Positions 9,484 through 18,398 of a stretch of DNA of 31,594 bases are shown here, piece after piece. A model generated the notes under the pieces. The model had not been told where the DNA came from. It made no database searches and saw only the letters and a list, made by a program, of their open reading frames with translations. Source of the DNA: Candidatus Sulfobium sp. (lineage in GTDB: Bacteria; Nitrospirota; Thermodesulfovibrionia; Thermodesulfovibrionales; UBA6898); assembly GCA_037380845.1 (NCBI GenBank), contig JARRRI010000012.1, forward strand, positions 73,635 through 105,228. The letters are read 5' to 3'. A program made the position numbers and the translations under genes. Within the stretch, counting starts at the first letter, position 1. The number at the start of each line of letters is the position of its first letter.

Positions 9484-9685
9484 CCGTACCACCTCAAAAA
9501 AGAAGCTGAGGTAGTTTACCCTATATTAACGACAGTCACAATAGTGACTTCGTCGCTGCCGGGTACGCGGGAAGGAAGGGCTTTGCTATGTAATCCGAAA
9601 AGCCATATTCTACGAGATACCAAGGCGGTCCGTCTGCCGTTACACGGACTGGAGCATCCCGGATTAATACCCGAAGCAGTATTGA

Positions 9686-9701
9686 CATGAGGTACCTCAT
9701 G
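9686..9701. promoter_or_regulatory. Perfect 16-bp palindrome CATGAGGTACCTCATG, candidate operator
   Basis: Self-complementary, in the intergenic region upstream of tauE, overlapping a TTGACA hexamer (9682-9687). Confidence 0.45.
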
Positions 9702-9741
9702 AAACATTGTCTCATATACTGAAGCGGGTGTTCAGTACAGA

Positions 9742-11460
9742 TTACAAGCCCCGTCCGATGGAGAAATAGAACGTTGTCCCTTTCCCGGGCGCGCTTTCGG
9801 CCCGGATGTTCCCCCCGTGCCGGTGTATAATTCGATACACTGTGGAAAGGCCGATGCCGGTGCCGGGGAATTCAGAGGACCGGTGCAGCCTCTGGAAGGG
9901 TTTGAAAAGCCTGTCGGCATAACCCATGTCGAACCCTGCCCCGTTGTCCCTAACAAAATAAACGGGACAGCCCCGGTCTTCAAAAACTCCGAACTCTATT
10001 CGTGCACAAGGTTGCCCTCCCGTGTACTTCACCGCGTTTCCCAGCAGGTTTTCCAGGACCGTTCTGAGCAGGTGGGGGTCGCCCCTGCCGGTAATTCGGG
10101 GCGGGATTATGAAGTCTACCCGTCTTTCCGGATTGTTTGCGAGCAGGTCGACTTTTATGGAGTTTGCGACGGAACTCAGGTCGATGTCCTCAAAGCGGAT
10201 TTCCGCTCGGGAGACCCGTGAAAGCATGAGGAGGTGGTCGATCAGGTCCGACATCCGTCCGGCTGCTGCAGACACACGCTGGAGATAGTCTTTCCCGGTC
10301 TTGTCGAGTACGCCCGAATAGTCCTCGACCAGCGCCCTGCTGAAACCATCAATGCTTCTCAGCGGCGCACGAAGGTCGTGGGAGACGGAGTAGCTGAAAG
10401 ATTCAAGTTCACTGTTGGCTGCCTCCAGCTGCCGGGTGCGTTCCCTCACCCGCTGTTCCAGTTCTTCGTTCAGCTCTCTGACCTCCTCCTCTGCTTTCCT
10501 GCGCTCGCCGATTTCACGCTCCAGTTCTTCATTCAGCTTCTTCAGTTCCAGCGTCCTCTCGCAGACTTTCATCTCGAGTTCGTCGTGGGCCTTCTTCAGG
10601 GACTGTTCGCTCAGCTTGAGCTTTCTGAAGATCAGGCTGTAAGGTTTTACGATGCCTGTTTCGATCAGTGCCTTATAGATGGAATAAACGGCGAAGATCT
10701 TCAGGAAGTGCCCAGCCAGGTTGGAAAAGCCATAAACACTTATATAAAAAGTGAACATCAGTTCGGAAGAAACGGTAAGGAGCAGGGACAACGCAAGCAG
10801 CCCGAAGACCGCCGGGTCGAACGCATTACGCTTGCGGTAAAGGAGCAACAGCGAGGACAATAAAAGCAGGGAGATGATATATTCGCTTGTCTTTTTGAAG
10901 GTTGTAAGTCCGGAAGCCGGGGTGTAACAGTCGGGGAATATTTTCCAGTAGAAGATCGAACAGATGATGAGGGCAGTTGCGGCGATGTAAGCGGCCAGCA
11001 TTCTTTTTTCGTTCAGTTTCCTGTATACAAAAAAAGTGGCCAGAACGAAAGAAATGCCCTGAAGGTAGCGGGATGCAATCCATAACTGCGTGGGGAGGTT
11101 GGCCCCGAAACCGTAGAATACTCCCATGCCCTTGTAAGACAGGGTGTGCAGCAGGTCCAGGCCGCCGACAAACAGGTACGAGATCCCGAGCAGAAGCAGA
11201 TAGTCGTTGTCCAGCAGGCGGCGGGATTTCCAGGCGATTACAAAGATGATCCATGCGACAACGATGCTGAACAACTCGGCGAGACTATGGAAGAGGTTAT
11301 AGCTGTAAAGACTGGTAAGATACAGGCCGAAGACGACTGCCGCCGCGGTCAGGCCGGACTGGAAGAAGCGGACCGGTCTGACTTCGGCGAACGCTGGATT
11401 GTTTGCATCAGAATTCATGGGCAAATTCTTTTTCTGATTATCCGACGGTCGAGTAACCAT
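9742..11460 (-). CDS. Membrane sensor histidine kinase with N-terminal MASE3 domain
   Basis: YNLFHSLAELFS, LDLLHTLSYKGM and NLPTQLWIASRY (MASE3); SHDLRAPL H-box, NLLGNAVKY, DNGAGF and GTGIGL. Start may be at 11418. Confidence 0.92.
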   Translation of the reverse strand: MVTRPSDNQKKNLPMNSDANNPAFAEVRPVRFFQSGLTAAAVVFGLYLTSLYSYNLFHSLAELFSIVVAWIIFVIAWKSRRLLDNDYLLLLGISYLFVGGLDLLHTLSYKGMGVFYGFGANLPTQLWIASRYLQGISFVLATFFVYRKLNEKRMLAAYIAATALIICSIFYWKIFPDCYTPASGLTTFKKTSEYIISLLLLSSLLLLYRKRNAFDPAVFGLLALSLLLTVSSELMFTFYISVYGFSNLAGHFLKIFAVYSIYKALIETGIVKPYSLIFRKLKLSEQSLKKAHDELEMKVCERTLELKKLNEELEREIGERRKAEEEVRELNEELEQRVRERTRQLEAANSELESFSYSVSHDLRAPLRSIDGFSRALVEDYSGVLDKTGKDYLQRVSAAAGRMSDLIDHLLMLSRVSRAEIRFEDIDLSSVANSIKVDLLANNPERRVDFIIPPRITGRGDPHLLRTVLENLLGNAVKYTGGQPCARIEFGVFEDRGCPVYFVRDNGAGFDMGYADRLFKPFQRLHRSSEFPGTGIGLSTVYRIIHRHGGNIRAESAPGKGTTFYFSIGRGL

Positions 11461-11487
11461 CCGCTTTTAGGTTCAACTATCCGAAAC

Positions 11488-12396
11488 TCATAAGTCAACC
11501 TTATCCCCGCCGGAAGATTCTTCTTCCAGGAGGTTGAGAAACTCTCTGGCCGGTCGGGAGAGAAACTTTTCTTTCAGGTAGATGACACCCAGTCTTCTGG
11601 TGAAGACGGCATCCGCCGGCCGTGCCCTGCCAAGGACCCCCGATTTTACCTCCTGCTCCACAGCCTTGTCGGGAAGTACGGAGATCCCGAGCCCCGCCTT
11701 GACGAGTCCCTTGATCGTTTCTATATAGGCGACTTCCATGGCAACGTTGGGCGTTAGCTTTTTGTGCGAGAATGCAAGATCTATGGTCTTCCTGGTTGTG
11801 GTATCGCTTTCCGGCAGTATCATGCCGTAATTGGCGATGTCACGGAGCCTCACTACAGACATCTTTTCCAGAGGGTGTCCCCTGGGGAAGACAAGGGACA
11901 TGGGATCTGACCAGACGGTCGTGGATACCAGGCTGCCGCCGTGGAAGGCGGGAAGAGTGATGACGCCCAGATCGACGGCATTACGGGCCACCATATCGAG
12001 TATGGTCTCTGAACGGTGGCACTGCAGTTTGAGGTCGACCCTGGGGAAGGTCATGATATATCTTTTAAGCAAATCCGGCAGCCGGTGAAGGCTTATGTGG
12101 TCGCTGGTGCCGATTACCAGCTTGCCCGAACACTCTTCCGCCATATCCCTGACAGCCGTCTTTGCGGCCTCGACCGACCTCAGTATCTTTTCCGCGTGTG
12201 CATAAAGGACCTCGCCCGCCCTCGTGAGAAAGACCCTTTTGCCGAGTCTGTCGAAGAGCCTCTCACCCAGTTCTTCTTCGAGTGCCTTTATCTGTTTGCT
12301 TACGGCAGGCTGGCTGATGAAAAGCTCGGCAGCCGCACGGCTGACACTGCCTGTCCTGGCGACTTTGCTGAAGTACGAGAGTTGGTAAAAATCCAT
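11488..12396 (-). CDS. LysR family transcriptional regulator
   Basis: Likely start MDFYQLSYF at 12396. HTH signature SVSRAAAELFISQPAVSKQIKALEEELGERLFDR and a substrate-binding domain; divergent from leuC. Confidence 0.93.
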   Translation of the reverse strand: MDFYQLSYFSKVARTGSVSRAAAELFISQPAVSKQIKALEEELGERLFDRLGKRVFLTRAGEVLYAHAEKILRSVEAAKTAVRDMAEECSGKLVIGTSDHISLHRLPDLLKRYIMTFPRVDLKLQCHRSETILDMVARNAVDLGVITLPAFHGGSLVSTTVWSDPMSLVFPRGHPLEKMSVVRLRDIANYGMILPESDTTTRKTIDLAFSHKKLTPNVAMEVAYIETIKGLVKAGLGISVLPDKAVEQEVKSGVLGRARPADAVFTRRLGVIYLKEKFLSRPAREFLNLLEEESSGGDKVDL

Positions 12397-12430
12397 ACTA
12401 ATAGTTATCGGTTTTATGAAAATAATGACT

Positions 12431-12460
12431 TTGAATAAATGTATATTGCTATGATATGCT
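12431..12460 (+). promoter_or_regulatory. Sigma70-like promoter for leuCD
   Basis: TTGAAT (12431-12436), 18-bp spacer, TG-a-TATGCT (12452-12460) in an AT-rich divergent intergenic region. Confidence 0.55.
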
Positions 12461-12491
12461 AAGATCAATTGAGGAGTCAAACAGATTTCCC

Positions 12492-12521
12492 AAAAGACTA
12501 TATAAAAGACTATATAAAAGA
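12492..12521 (+). repeat. 12-bp direct tandem repeat AAAAGACTATAT x2.5 in the leuC leader
   Basis: AAAAGACTATAT AAAAGACTATAT AAAAGA directly precedes the RBS. Confidence 0.85.
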
Positions 12522-12531
12522 AGGTGCTGAA

Positions 12532-13830
12532 ATGGCTATGACATTGGCGGAAAAAATTTTCAGTTCCCATTTGAGGGACGAACCGTTCCCGGGAGCGAAG
12601 GTACTGGATATCGATGTGGTGATGTGTCACGAGATAACAACCCCTGTCGCCATCAACGATCTTGTCGCAAGGGGGAAGGACAGGGTCTTCGATCCCTCTA
12701 AGATAAAGGCCGTCATCGACCACGTCACCCCTGCGAAGGACAGCAAGACGGCGCAGCAGGGGAAGATCCTTCGGGACTGGGCGGTCCGCCATAACATACG
12801 CGATTTCTTCGACATCGGGAGGAACGGGGTGTGCCACGCCATCTTCCCCGAGAAAGGGTTTATCAGGCCGGGCTATACGGTGATCATGGGTGATTCCCAT
12901 ACGTGTACACACGGCGCTTTTGGCGCATTTGCGGCAGGGGTCGGCACCACGGACCTGGAAGTCGGAATATTGAAAGGTGTCTGCGCCTTCAGGGAGCCCA
13001 GGACGATTCGGATAAATGTGAACGGGAAGGTTCCCGACGGCGTCTACGCAAAGGACGTTATACTGAGAGTTATCAAGGAGCTCACCGTAAAAGGGGCGAC
13101 AGACTGCGTGATTGAATTTCGTGGCGATGTAGTGAAGGGGATGTCGATGGAGGGGAGGATGACTCTCTGCAATATGGCCATCGAGGCGGGGGGCACGTCG
13201 GGTGTCTGCATGCCGGACGAGGTTACCGTTGACTACCTCTGGCCCTTTATATCGTCGGAATATAAGGACAAGGGGGCTGCCGTTGACGACTTCAGAAAAT
13301 GGTGGTCCGATGAAGACTGCGGGTATGTGAAGGTCATCGATATCGATGTGACCGGCATGGAGCCGCAGGTCACTTACGGTTATAAGCCGGACGAGGTGAA
13401 AGATGTCTCCGGGATGGAGGGGACGCCGGTGGACCAGGTTTATATAGGTTCATGTACAAACGGCAGGCTGGAAGACCTCCGTGTCGCCGCTTCCTATATA
13501 AGGGGCAGGCAGATTGCGCCGACGGTGAGAGGAATCGTGTCGCCCGCTACCCCGAGGATATTCAGAGAGGCTGATGAGGAGGGGATTATCAGGATTTTTA
13601 TGGATGCAGGGTTCTGCGTAACGAATCCCACGTGCGGCGCCTGCCTCGGTATGTCAAACGGCGTGCTCGCGCCGGGCGAGGTCTGCGCATCCACGACGAA
13701 CCGCAACTTCAACGGAAGGATGGGGAAGGGCGGCATGGTCCACCTGATGAGCCCGGCTGTCGCGGCTGTCACCGCAATCGAGGGCAGGATAGCCGACCCC
13801 AGAAAATACATCGAGGAGAGCAGAGCATGA
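12532..13830 (+). CDS. leuC: 3-isopropylmalate dehydratase large subunit (LeuC type 2/HacA-like)
   Basis: Start MAMTLAEKI. Motifs DHVTP, GDSHTCTHGA, GSCTNGR, CGACLG and STTNRNF.GRMG. Confidence 0.92.
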   Translation: MAMTLAEKIFSSHLRDEPFPGAKVLDIDVVMCHEITTPVAINDLVARGKDRVFDPSKIKAVIDHVTPAKDSKTAQQGKILRDWAVRHNIRDFFDIGRNGVCHAIFPEKGFIRPGYTVIMGDSHTCTHGAFGAFAAGVGTTDLEVGILKGVCAFREPRTIRINVNGKVPDGVYAKDVILRVIKELTVKGATDCVIEFRGDVVKGMSMEGRMTLCNMAIEAGGTSGVCMPDEVTVDYLWPFISSEYKDKGAAVDDFRKWWSDEDCGYVKVIDIDVTGMEPQVTYGYKPDEVKDVSGMEGTPVDQVYIGSCTNGRLEDLRVAASYIRGRQIAPTVRGIVSPATPRIFREADEEGIIRIFMDAGFCVTNPTCGACLGMSNGVLAPGEVCASTTNRNFNGRMGKGGMVHLMSPAVAAVTAIEGRIADPRKYIEESRA

Positions 13831-14351
13831 AGACATTCGGCGGAAAGGTCCTTTTTCTTGACAGGTCCGATATAAACACGGACGAGATAATACCGGCCAA
13901 ATACCTGACCGAGATATCAAAGGGGGCTTTGAAACCCCATATGCTCGAAGATCTGAAACTCGAGGGTTTTGATCCCGGCGATCCGTCCGTGCGGGAAGCC
14001 CGGGTAATCGTGACCAGGGCGAATTTCGGTTGCGGCTCTTCCAGGGAACACGCCCCCTGGGTTTTTGAAGTGAACGACATCAATGTGGTCATCGCTTTGA
14101 GCTTCGCCCGGATATTCAGGCAGAACATGTTCAACTGCGGCATGCTCGCCATAGAGCTGCCGGAAGAGGACATCGAAAGGCTTTTCGCCCACCGGGACAG
14201 TGAAGCCGTCCTTCATGTGGATTTTGAAAACGACCGGATTACCATTGAATCGGCGAGGGGAAAAGAGACCTTGTCGTATCAAATTTCCGGCTTCGACAAG
14301 GCGCTGGTTAAGGCCGGAGGATGGGTCGACTTCGCGGATGCAAAGTACTAG
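13827..14351 (+). CDS. leuD: 3-isopropylmalate dehydratase small subunit
   Basis: ATGA overlap with leuC; DINTDEIIPA, NFGCGSSREHA and SFARIFRQN. Confidence 0.92.
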   Translation: MKTFGGKVLFLDRSDINTDEIIPAKYLTEISKGALKPHMLEDLKLEGFDPGDPSVREARVIVTRANFGCGSSREHAPWVFEVNDINVVIALSFARIFRQNMFNCGMLAIELPEEDIERLFAHRDSEAVLHVDFENDRITIESARGKETLSYQISGFDKALVKAGGWVDFADAKY

Positions 14352-14580
14352 ATGAAATCTTGCAGTGCAGCTCCCGAGGGCACCACAAAAGTCTTGTAAT
14401 GACGACATGATTTTATATATCTTTGACGTAAACGCAGCCATAGCGCAATGAATTGCCGGCTGACTTCTCCGGAGGGCTTTAAGTCGTCGTCACAAGATAT
14501 TTCCCGAGCCCCTCGCGAGCCATAGTCGTCGTGAGTGCGGCTATTGCGGACGCTCCGCGCTTTTTTAAAGGAGGGAACAC

Positions 14581-15042
14581 GTGACACCTGAAGAAAAAAT
14601 TGATTCGATGGGCATTACACTGCCTGCGGTCGCGAAGCCTCTTGGGTCCTACGTGCCGTTTGTGAGAGCCGGGAATATCGTCTATCTGAGCGGGATACTG
14701 CCGCTCAGGGAGGGGAAACTCACGAAGACCGGTAAGGTTGGGGAATCGGTCACGCCCGAAGAGGCCGCCGGTGATGCACGTACCTGTGCCGTAAATGCAG
14801 TGGCCATCCTGAAGTCTGCTGTCGGAACACTGGACAGAGTGAGGAGATGCGTGAGGATTTCCGGTTTTGTGGCCTCTGCCGGGGATTTTACGGGCCAGCC
14901 GAAGGTGATCAACGGCGCGTCCGATTTAATGTTCGAAGTCTTCGGCGAGGCCGGCAGGCACGCCAGGTCGGCTGTTGGCGTGAACGTCCTCCCCCTTGAC
15001 TCGCCCGTTGAGATAGAGTTTATCTTCGAAGTGGAGGATTAG
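14581..15042 (+). CDS. Rid (YjgF/YER057c/UK114) family protein, Rid1-like
   Basis: GTG start with AAGGAGG; YVPF, QPKVINGASDL and GRHARSAVG (catalytic Arg present), PVEIE. Confidence 0.9.
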   Translation: MTPEEKIDSMGITLPAVAKPLGSYVPFVRAGNIVYLSGILPLREGKLTKTGKVGESVTPEEAAGDARTCAVNAVAILKSAVGTLDRVRRCVRISGFVASAGDFTGQPKVINGASDLMFEVFGEAGRHARSAVGVNVLPLDSPVEIEFIFEVED

Positions 15043-15167
15043 TTACACGAGGGGGGTCTGCAGCGCAGGGGCTGTGAGCTTGCCTCTTTCTCTCTCGTAA
15101 CCATCCTTAGTACTGCAAAAGTCCGCCGGCTCGCCTTTACAGCCGCTCTTCTGCAGTCTCTTTCTTT

Positions 15168-15818
15168 TTACGTTCCGGCCTGAACGAATCCGGCGGCCAT
15201 CTGGAAGGCCCTGTCGCAATCAAGGGGAAACACTTCCTCCCGCCTCTTTGCCTTCTTCACGGGATCGAAGCGGGTTGACACCACCTTCGAATAGTCGTCA
15301 AACTGCAGCGTATCGTAGCTGCAGATGTATTCAGAGGACCCGAAGATCATTTTCATAGTACCTGCCTGCTGGTTGAAAAGCTGGAAGTATCCCGATTCCC
15401 TCATTTGATCTTCCGTTACATTCATGGTATAGATAAATCCGGTTTTAATGCGATTTGGGAAAAGGGAAGCGGGAGGATCGGTATAAGTCAGGAAAGGAAA
15501 GAGCAGGCGTTCCATGAATGACCTCATTTCTCCCGTGACATTTCCGAAATAGATAGGGGAGCCCAGAATGATGGCATCGGCCGTCTCAATATGCTGAAAG
15601 ACGGGCGTCAGATCGTCCTCGACCGCACACCTGCCATAACTCTTGCCGCCCTTGGCCTTGCAGGCAAAACAGCTTATGCAGCCCTTATAGTCGAGATCAT
15701 ACAGATGGACCAGTTCCGTTTCCGCCCCCTTTGAGGCTGCACCTTCAAGGGCCTTCTCAAGCAATGTCGCCGTGTTCCATTTTTTTCTCGGACTTCCGTT
15801 AAACGCCAACACCTTCAT
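15168..15818 (-). CDS. Iron-sulfur flavoprotein/NADPH-dependent FMN reductase (flavodoxin-like) family
   Basis: NGSPRKKWNT, CISCFAC-x8-C and GSPIYFG; GAGGAG RBS. Confidence 0.9.
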   Translation of the reverse strand: MKVLAFNGSPRKKWNTATLLEKALEGAASKGAETELVHLYDLDYKGCISCFACKAKGGKSYGRCAVEDDLTPVFQHIETADAIILGSPIYFGNVTGEMRSFMERLLFPFLTYTDPPASLFPNRIKTGFIYTMNVTEDQMRESGYFQLFNQQAGTMKMIFGSSEYICSYDTLQFDDYSKVVSTRFDPVKKAKRREEVFPLDCDRAFQMAAGFVQAGT

Positions 15819-16010
15819 TGTTTCGTCTCCTCAACGGTATATTCTTCCTTTATTATAGTGGAAAGCCGTCGAGCCAAGGGACGTAGAGACCGGCAATTGC
15901 TAAAAAGGCCGTAGCTGCTGAAGTCATATCTGTTCCCCTTTCTCTTCTCTCATACCGCCGAATAAGATCAGGCACTTAATTGCGACAGAGAAAGTAAAGG
16001 GGTCACCCAT

Positions 16011-16070
16011 TAAAGGCATCCTCCAGCATAGTAGGTGACTGATCATCTGCTATGCTGGAGGATGCCTTTA
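16011..16070. repeat. Long hairpin/inverted repeat (21-bp perfect arms, extendable to 28 bp with G-U pairs)
   Basis: TAAAGGCATCCTCCAGCATAG (16011-16031) is the exact reverse complement of 16050-16070; loop CTGA. Confidence 0.9.
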
Positions 16071-16275
16071 TATGATTATCAGTCCTTGAACCGTGAAAGT
16101 TTCCGGGGCTCAAAAAATGGGGACAGATCCTACTCAGTTTCTTTCGTAATCTTCATTTCAAAGATGACGGCTACAATGATGACTCTCAGTCAAAGTACAG
16201 GGCCGGGCAGAAGTCCCTGGCCGGCATTTGGACAGCCAGGCTCCCCCCGTCCTTCAGCGGGCGGAAAGAGGGTCT

Positions 16276-16305
16276 TTGCATGCGTATATTCCCGGCAGGT
16301 ATAAT
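16276..16305 (+). promoter_or_regulatory. Sigma70 promoter abutting the pfkB start (leaderless)
   Basis: TTGCAT-18 bp-TATAAT, with the ATG 5 nt after the -10 hexamer and no SD. Confidence 0.65.
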
Positions 16306-16310
16306 TTCCC

Positions 16311-17216
16311 ATGCATGTCACCGGCCTTGGACAATGTTCATTGGATTATCTCGCCCTGGTAGATGCCTACCCCGGAGTCGACACCAAGAAAGAAGTGCTG
16401 GAGTGGCATGAGCAGGGGGGAGGCCCTGTAGCCACCGCACTGGTCGCGTTGTCCCGTCTCGGGATAGATTGCCGGTTTTACGGCGTGACCGGTGACGATC
16501 CTGAAGGAAAAGAGATACGGCAGTCCCTGGTCGATGAAGGTGTTGACGTAAAAGGGCTTAAAGTGCGGAAAAACTCTTCTTCCCAGATAGCGTTTATTGC
16601 GGTTGAGGAGGGTTCGGCAAGGAGGACCGTATTCTGGAAACGACCCTCCGGCAAAGCCGTGACGACTGAAGAGATCGGGGATGATTTTTTTGAAGGATGC
16701 GACTTTCTTTTGCTGGATGGCCTCATGAAAGAAGCATCACTTCAAGCCGCCAAAGGGGCGCGCCGGAGAAATATCCCGGTAATGCTGGATGCCGGAAGTG
16801 CGCGGCCCGGCCTGCTCGAAATAGCGGCACATGCAGACTACCTCGTTGCCTCCGGGACATTCGCGAAAGGTAGCGGATGGGACCTTTCTCCGGAATTCCT
16901 CGCTGGCATGAAAAATGAGCTGGGTCTCAGCGCCCTGACTGTAACTCTTGGCGAAAATGGGAGTATAACCGTTTCGGATGACGCGGTAGACCGTGTGCCC
17001 GCCTTTGCCGTGCACGCCGTTGATACGACGGGGGCCGGCGATGTCTTCCACGGCGGCTACATATACGGGCTTCTGCGGGGCTGGACTATCCGCAATACCG
17101 TAACTTTTGCCTCTGCCCTGGCCGCCATGAAATGCCGGAAGATGGGGGGCAGGGAGGGGATTCCCGGGCTGGACGAGGTGAGGGCTTTCCTGAAGCAAAG
17201 AGAACATATGATATAA
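16311..17216 (+). CDS. PfkB/ribokinase family carbohydrate kinase (YihV-like)
   Basis: GGGPVATALVALSRLG, VTLGENG and VDTTGAGDVFHGG PfkB signatures. Confidence 0.92.
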   Translation: MHVTGLGQCSLDYLALVDAYPGVDTKKEVLEWHEQGGGPVATALVALSRLGIDCRFYGVTGDDPEGKEIRQSLVDEGVDVKGLKVRKNSSSQIAFIAVEEGSARRTVFWKRPSGKAVTTEEIGDDFFEGCDFLLLDGLMKEASLQAAKGARRRNIPVMLDAGSARPGLLEIAAHADYLVASGTFAKGSGWDLSPEFLAGMKNELGLSALTVTLGENGSITVSDDAVDRVPAFAVHAVDTTGAGDVFHGGYIYGLLRGWTIRNTVTFASALAAMKCRKMGGREGIPGLDEVRAFLKQREHMI

Positions 17217-17217
17217 T
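17209..17217 (+). promoter_or_regulatory. Extended -10 (TGATATAAT) overlapping the pfkB stop, putative promoter of the CobD-like gene
   Basis: Consensus TGnTATAAT about 95 bp upstream of 17311. Confidence 0.5.
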
Positions 17218-17310
17218 CCGGTTGTTACAGGCTGTCAGGCCGGCAAGCTTTCAGCCGCCGGCTTCAACCCTGTGAAGGTTCTTCGGTGTTTTGTGGAAAG
17301 TGACCGGTAA

Positions 17311-18351
17311 ATGGAAGACGACATCTATAGTTTTGCGAGAGAGCGGGGCATTAGTGAACGGAAAGCCGTCGACGTGAGTTCGGGGATATGTCCCTGCGGG
17401 CCGTCCGGGAAAGTCAGGGCGGCCATAAGAAAGGCGATAAGGGATATACGGTTTCCCCCTGAGCCTTCTTTATCGAGGCTGAGAAGGACGGTCTCGTCCA
17501 AACTCGGGGCTGCCGGCAACAACGTCTTTTTTGCAAACAGCGTTGAAGAGCTGCTCCGTTTGATTTCAGGTGTATTCAGACCTCAGAAGGTGACGGCCCT
17601 TGGCCCCGTACTTGATGTCCACTCAAGTGCACTGACATCCTCCGGATCCGAAATAGAATGCGCCAGATGGGGGGACGGGGGGGAGACGGGAAGCGGCGGG
17701 CTCGTCTTTGTCTCCCAACCCAACCGCATTAGCGGCAGATTGGTGGACCTGGACCGGATGGACCGGATGTTTGATTCCGGCGGGCACGACAACCTTGTCG
17801 TTGTGGATGAAAGCCTCATCGAATTTACCGGTGACCCCGGCAGCTGCGAACGGGCTTTCCGGGAGGAGAGAGTGATAGTCCTCCGTTCAACTGCGAATTT
17901 CTATGGTCTGCCCGGGCTGGGGGTTGCCTACGCCATTTCGTCCCCGGGGATTATCGGCAGACTGAAGGAGAAGAAGTCCTGTGAAGTCAATACCCTGGCT
18001 GCCGCCGCTGCCCGGGCCGCGCTGATCGACAAGACTTACAGGGAGACGGCAAGAAAATATGTCGCGGAAGAAAGAAAATTGCTCTGCCGGTCGATTGAGA
18101 GGATCGGGGGCTTCAGGTGTTTTGATTCCGACTCCAATGTCTTTCTTATCCAGGCATCTTGTCCTGCAGAGGAGATTTCGTCGATCCTGGCAAGAAAGGG
18201 ATTTCTGATAAGACCCTGGAAGACCGGAGATGCTCCCGGAGGGGTTTTTCTCAGGATGTCGGTCATGGAGCACGAGAAGAATGTCAAATTCCTGAGAGTC
18301 CTGAAGCAGGCTGCCGGCGTTGAGCGGACATCCGGTGGCAGTTGTCAGTGA
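17311..18351 (+). CDS. CobD/HisC-like class I/II aminotransferase-fold protein lacking the PLP-binding lysine (probable pseudoenzyme)
   Basis: Overall layout matches CobD/HisC (VVVDES, LRS..FYGLPGL, SDSNVFL, GFLIR, FLRMSV), but LRSTANFYGLPGLGVAY has Asn at the Lys position. Confidence 0.8.
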   Translation: MEDDIYSFARERGISERKAVDVSSGICPCGPSGKVRAAIRKAIRDIRFPPEPSLSRLRRTVSSKLGAAGNNVFFANSVEELLRLISGVFRPQKVTALGPVLDVHSSALTSSGSEIECARWGDGGETGSGGLVFVSQPNRISGRLVDLDRMDRMFDSGGHDNLVVVDESLIEFTGDPGSCERAFREERVIVLRSTANFYGLPGLGVAYAISSPGIIGRLKEKKSCEVNTLAAAAARAALIDKTYRETARKYVAEERKLLCRSIERIGGFRCFDSDSNVFLIQASCPAEEISSILARKGFLIRPWKTGDAPGGVFLRMSVMEHEKNVKFLRVLKQAAGVERTSGGSCQ

Positions 18352-18398
18352 TTAGAACCTGTTTTAAGAATTGCATTTTCTATTACCGGGTTGTTTGC

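Noticed and set aside
12492..12521. Direct repeat as a CRISPR array
   Set aside because: 12-bp adjacent copies with no spacers and no cas genes.
12397..12912. N-terminal extension of LysR to 474 aa
   Set aside because: It is antisense to leuC. The HTH begins at MDFYQL (12396).
13632..13826. Extended leuD start
   Set aside because: It overlaps leuC. The likely start is the ATGA overlap at 13827.
16011..16070. Hairpin as an integron attC site or intrinsic terminator
   Set aside because: No RYYYAAC/GTTRRRY ends, no U-tract, and the flanking genes are divergent.
16035..16304. 89-aa plus-strand ORF
   Set aside because: No recognisable motifs. It runs through the hairpin and the pfkB promoter.
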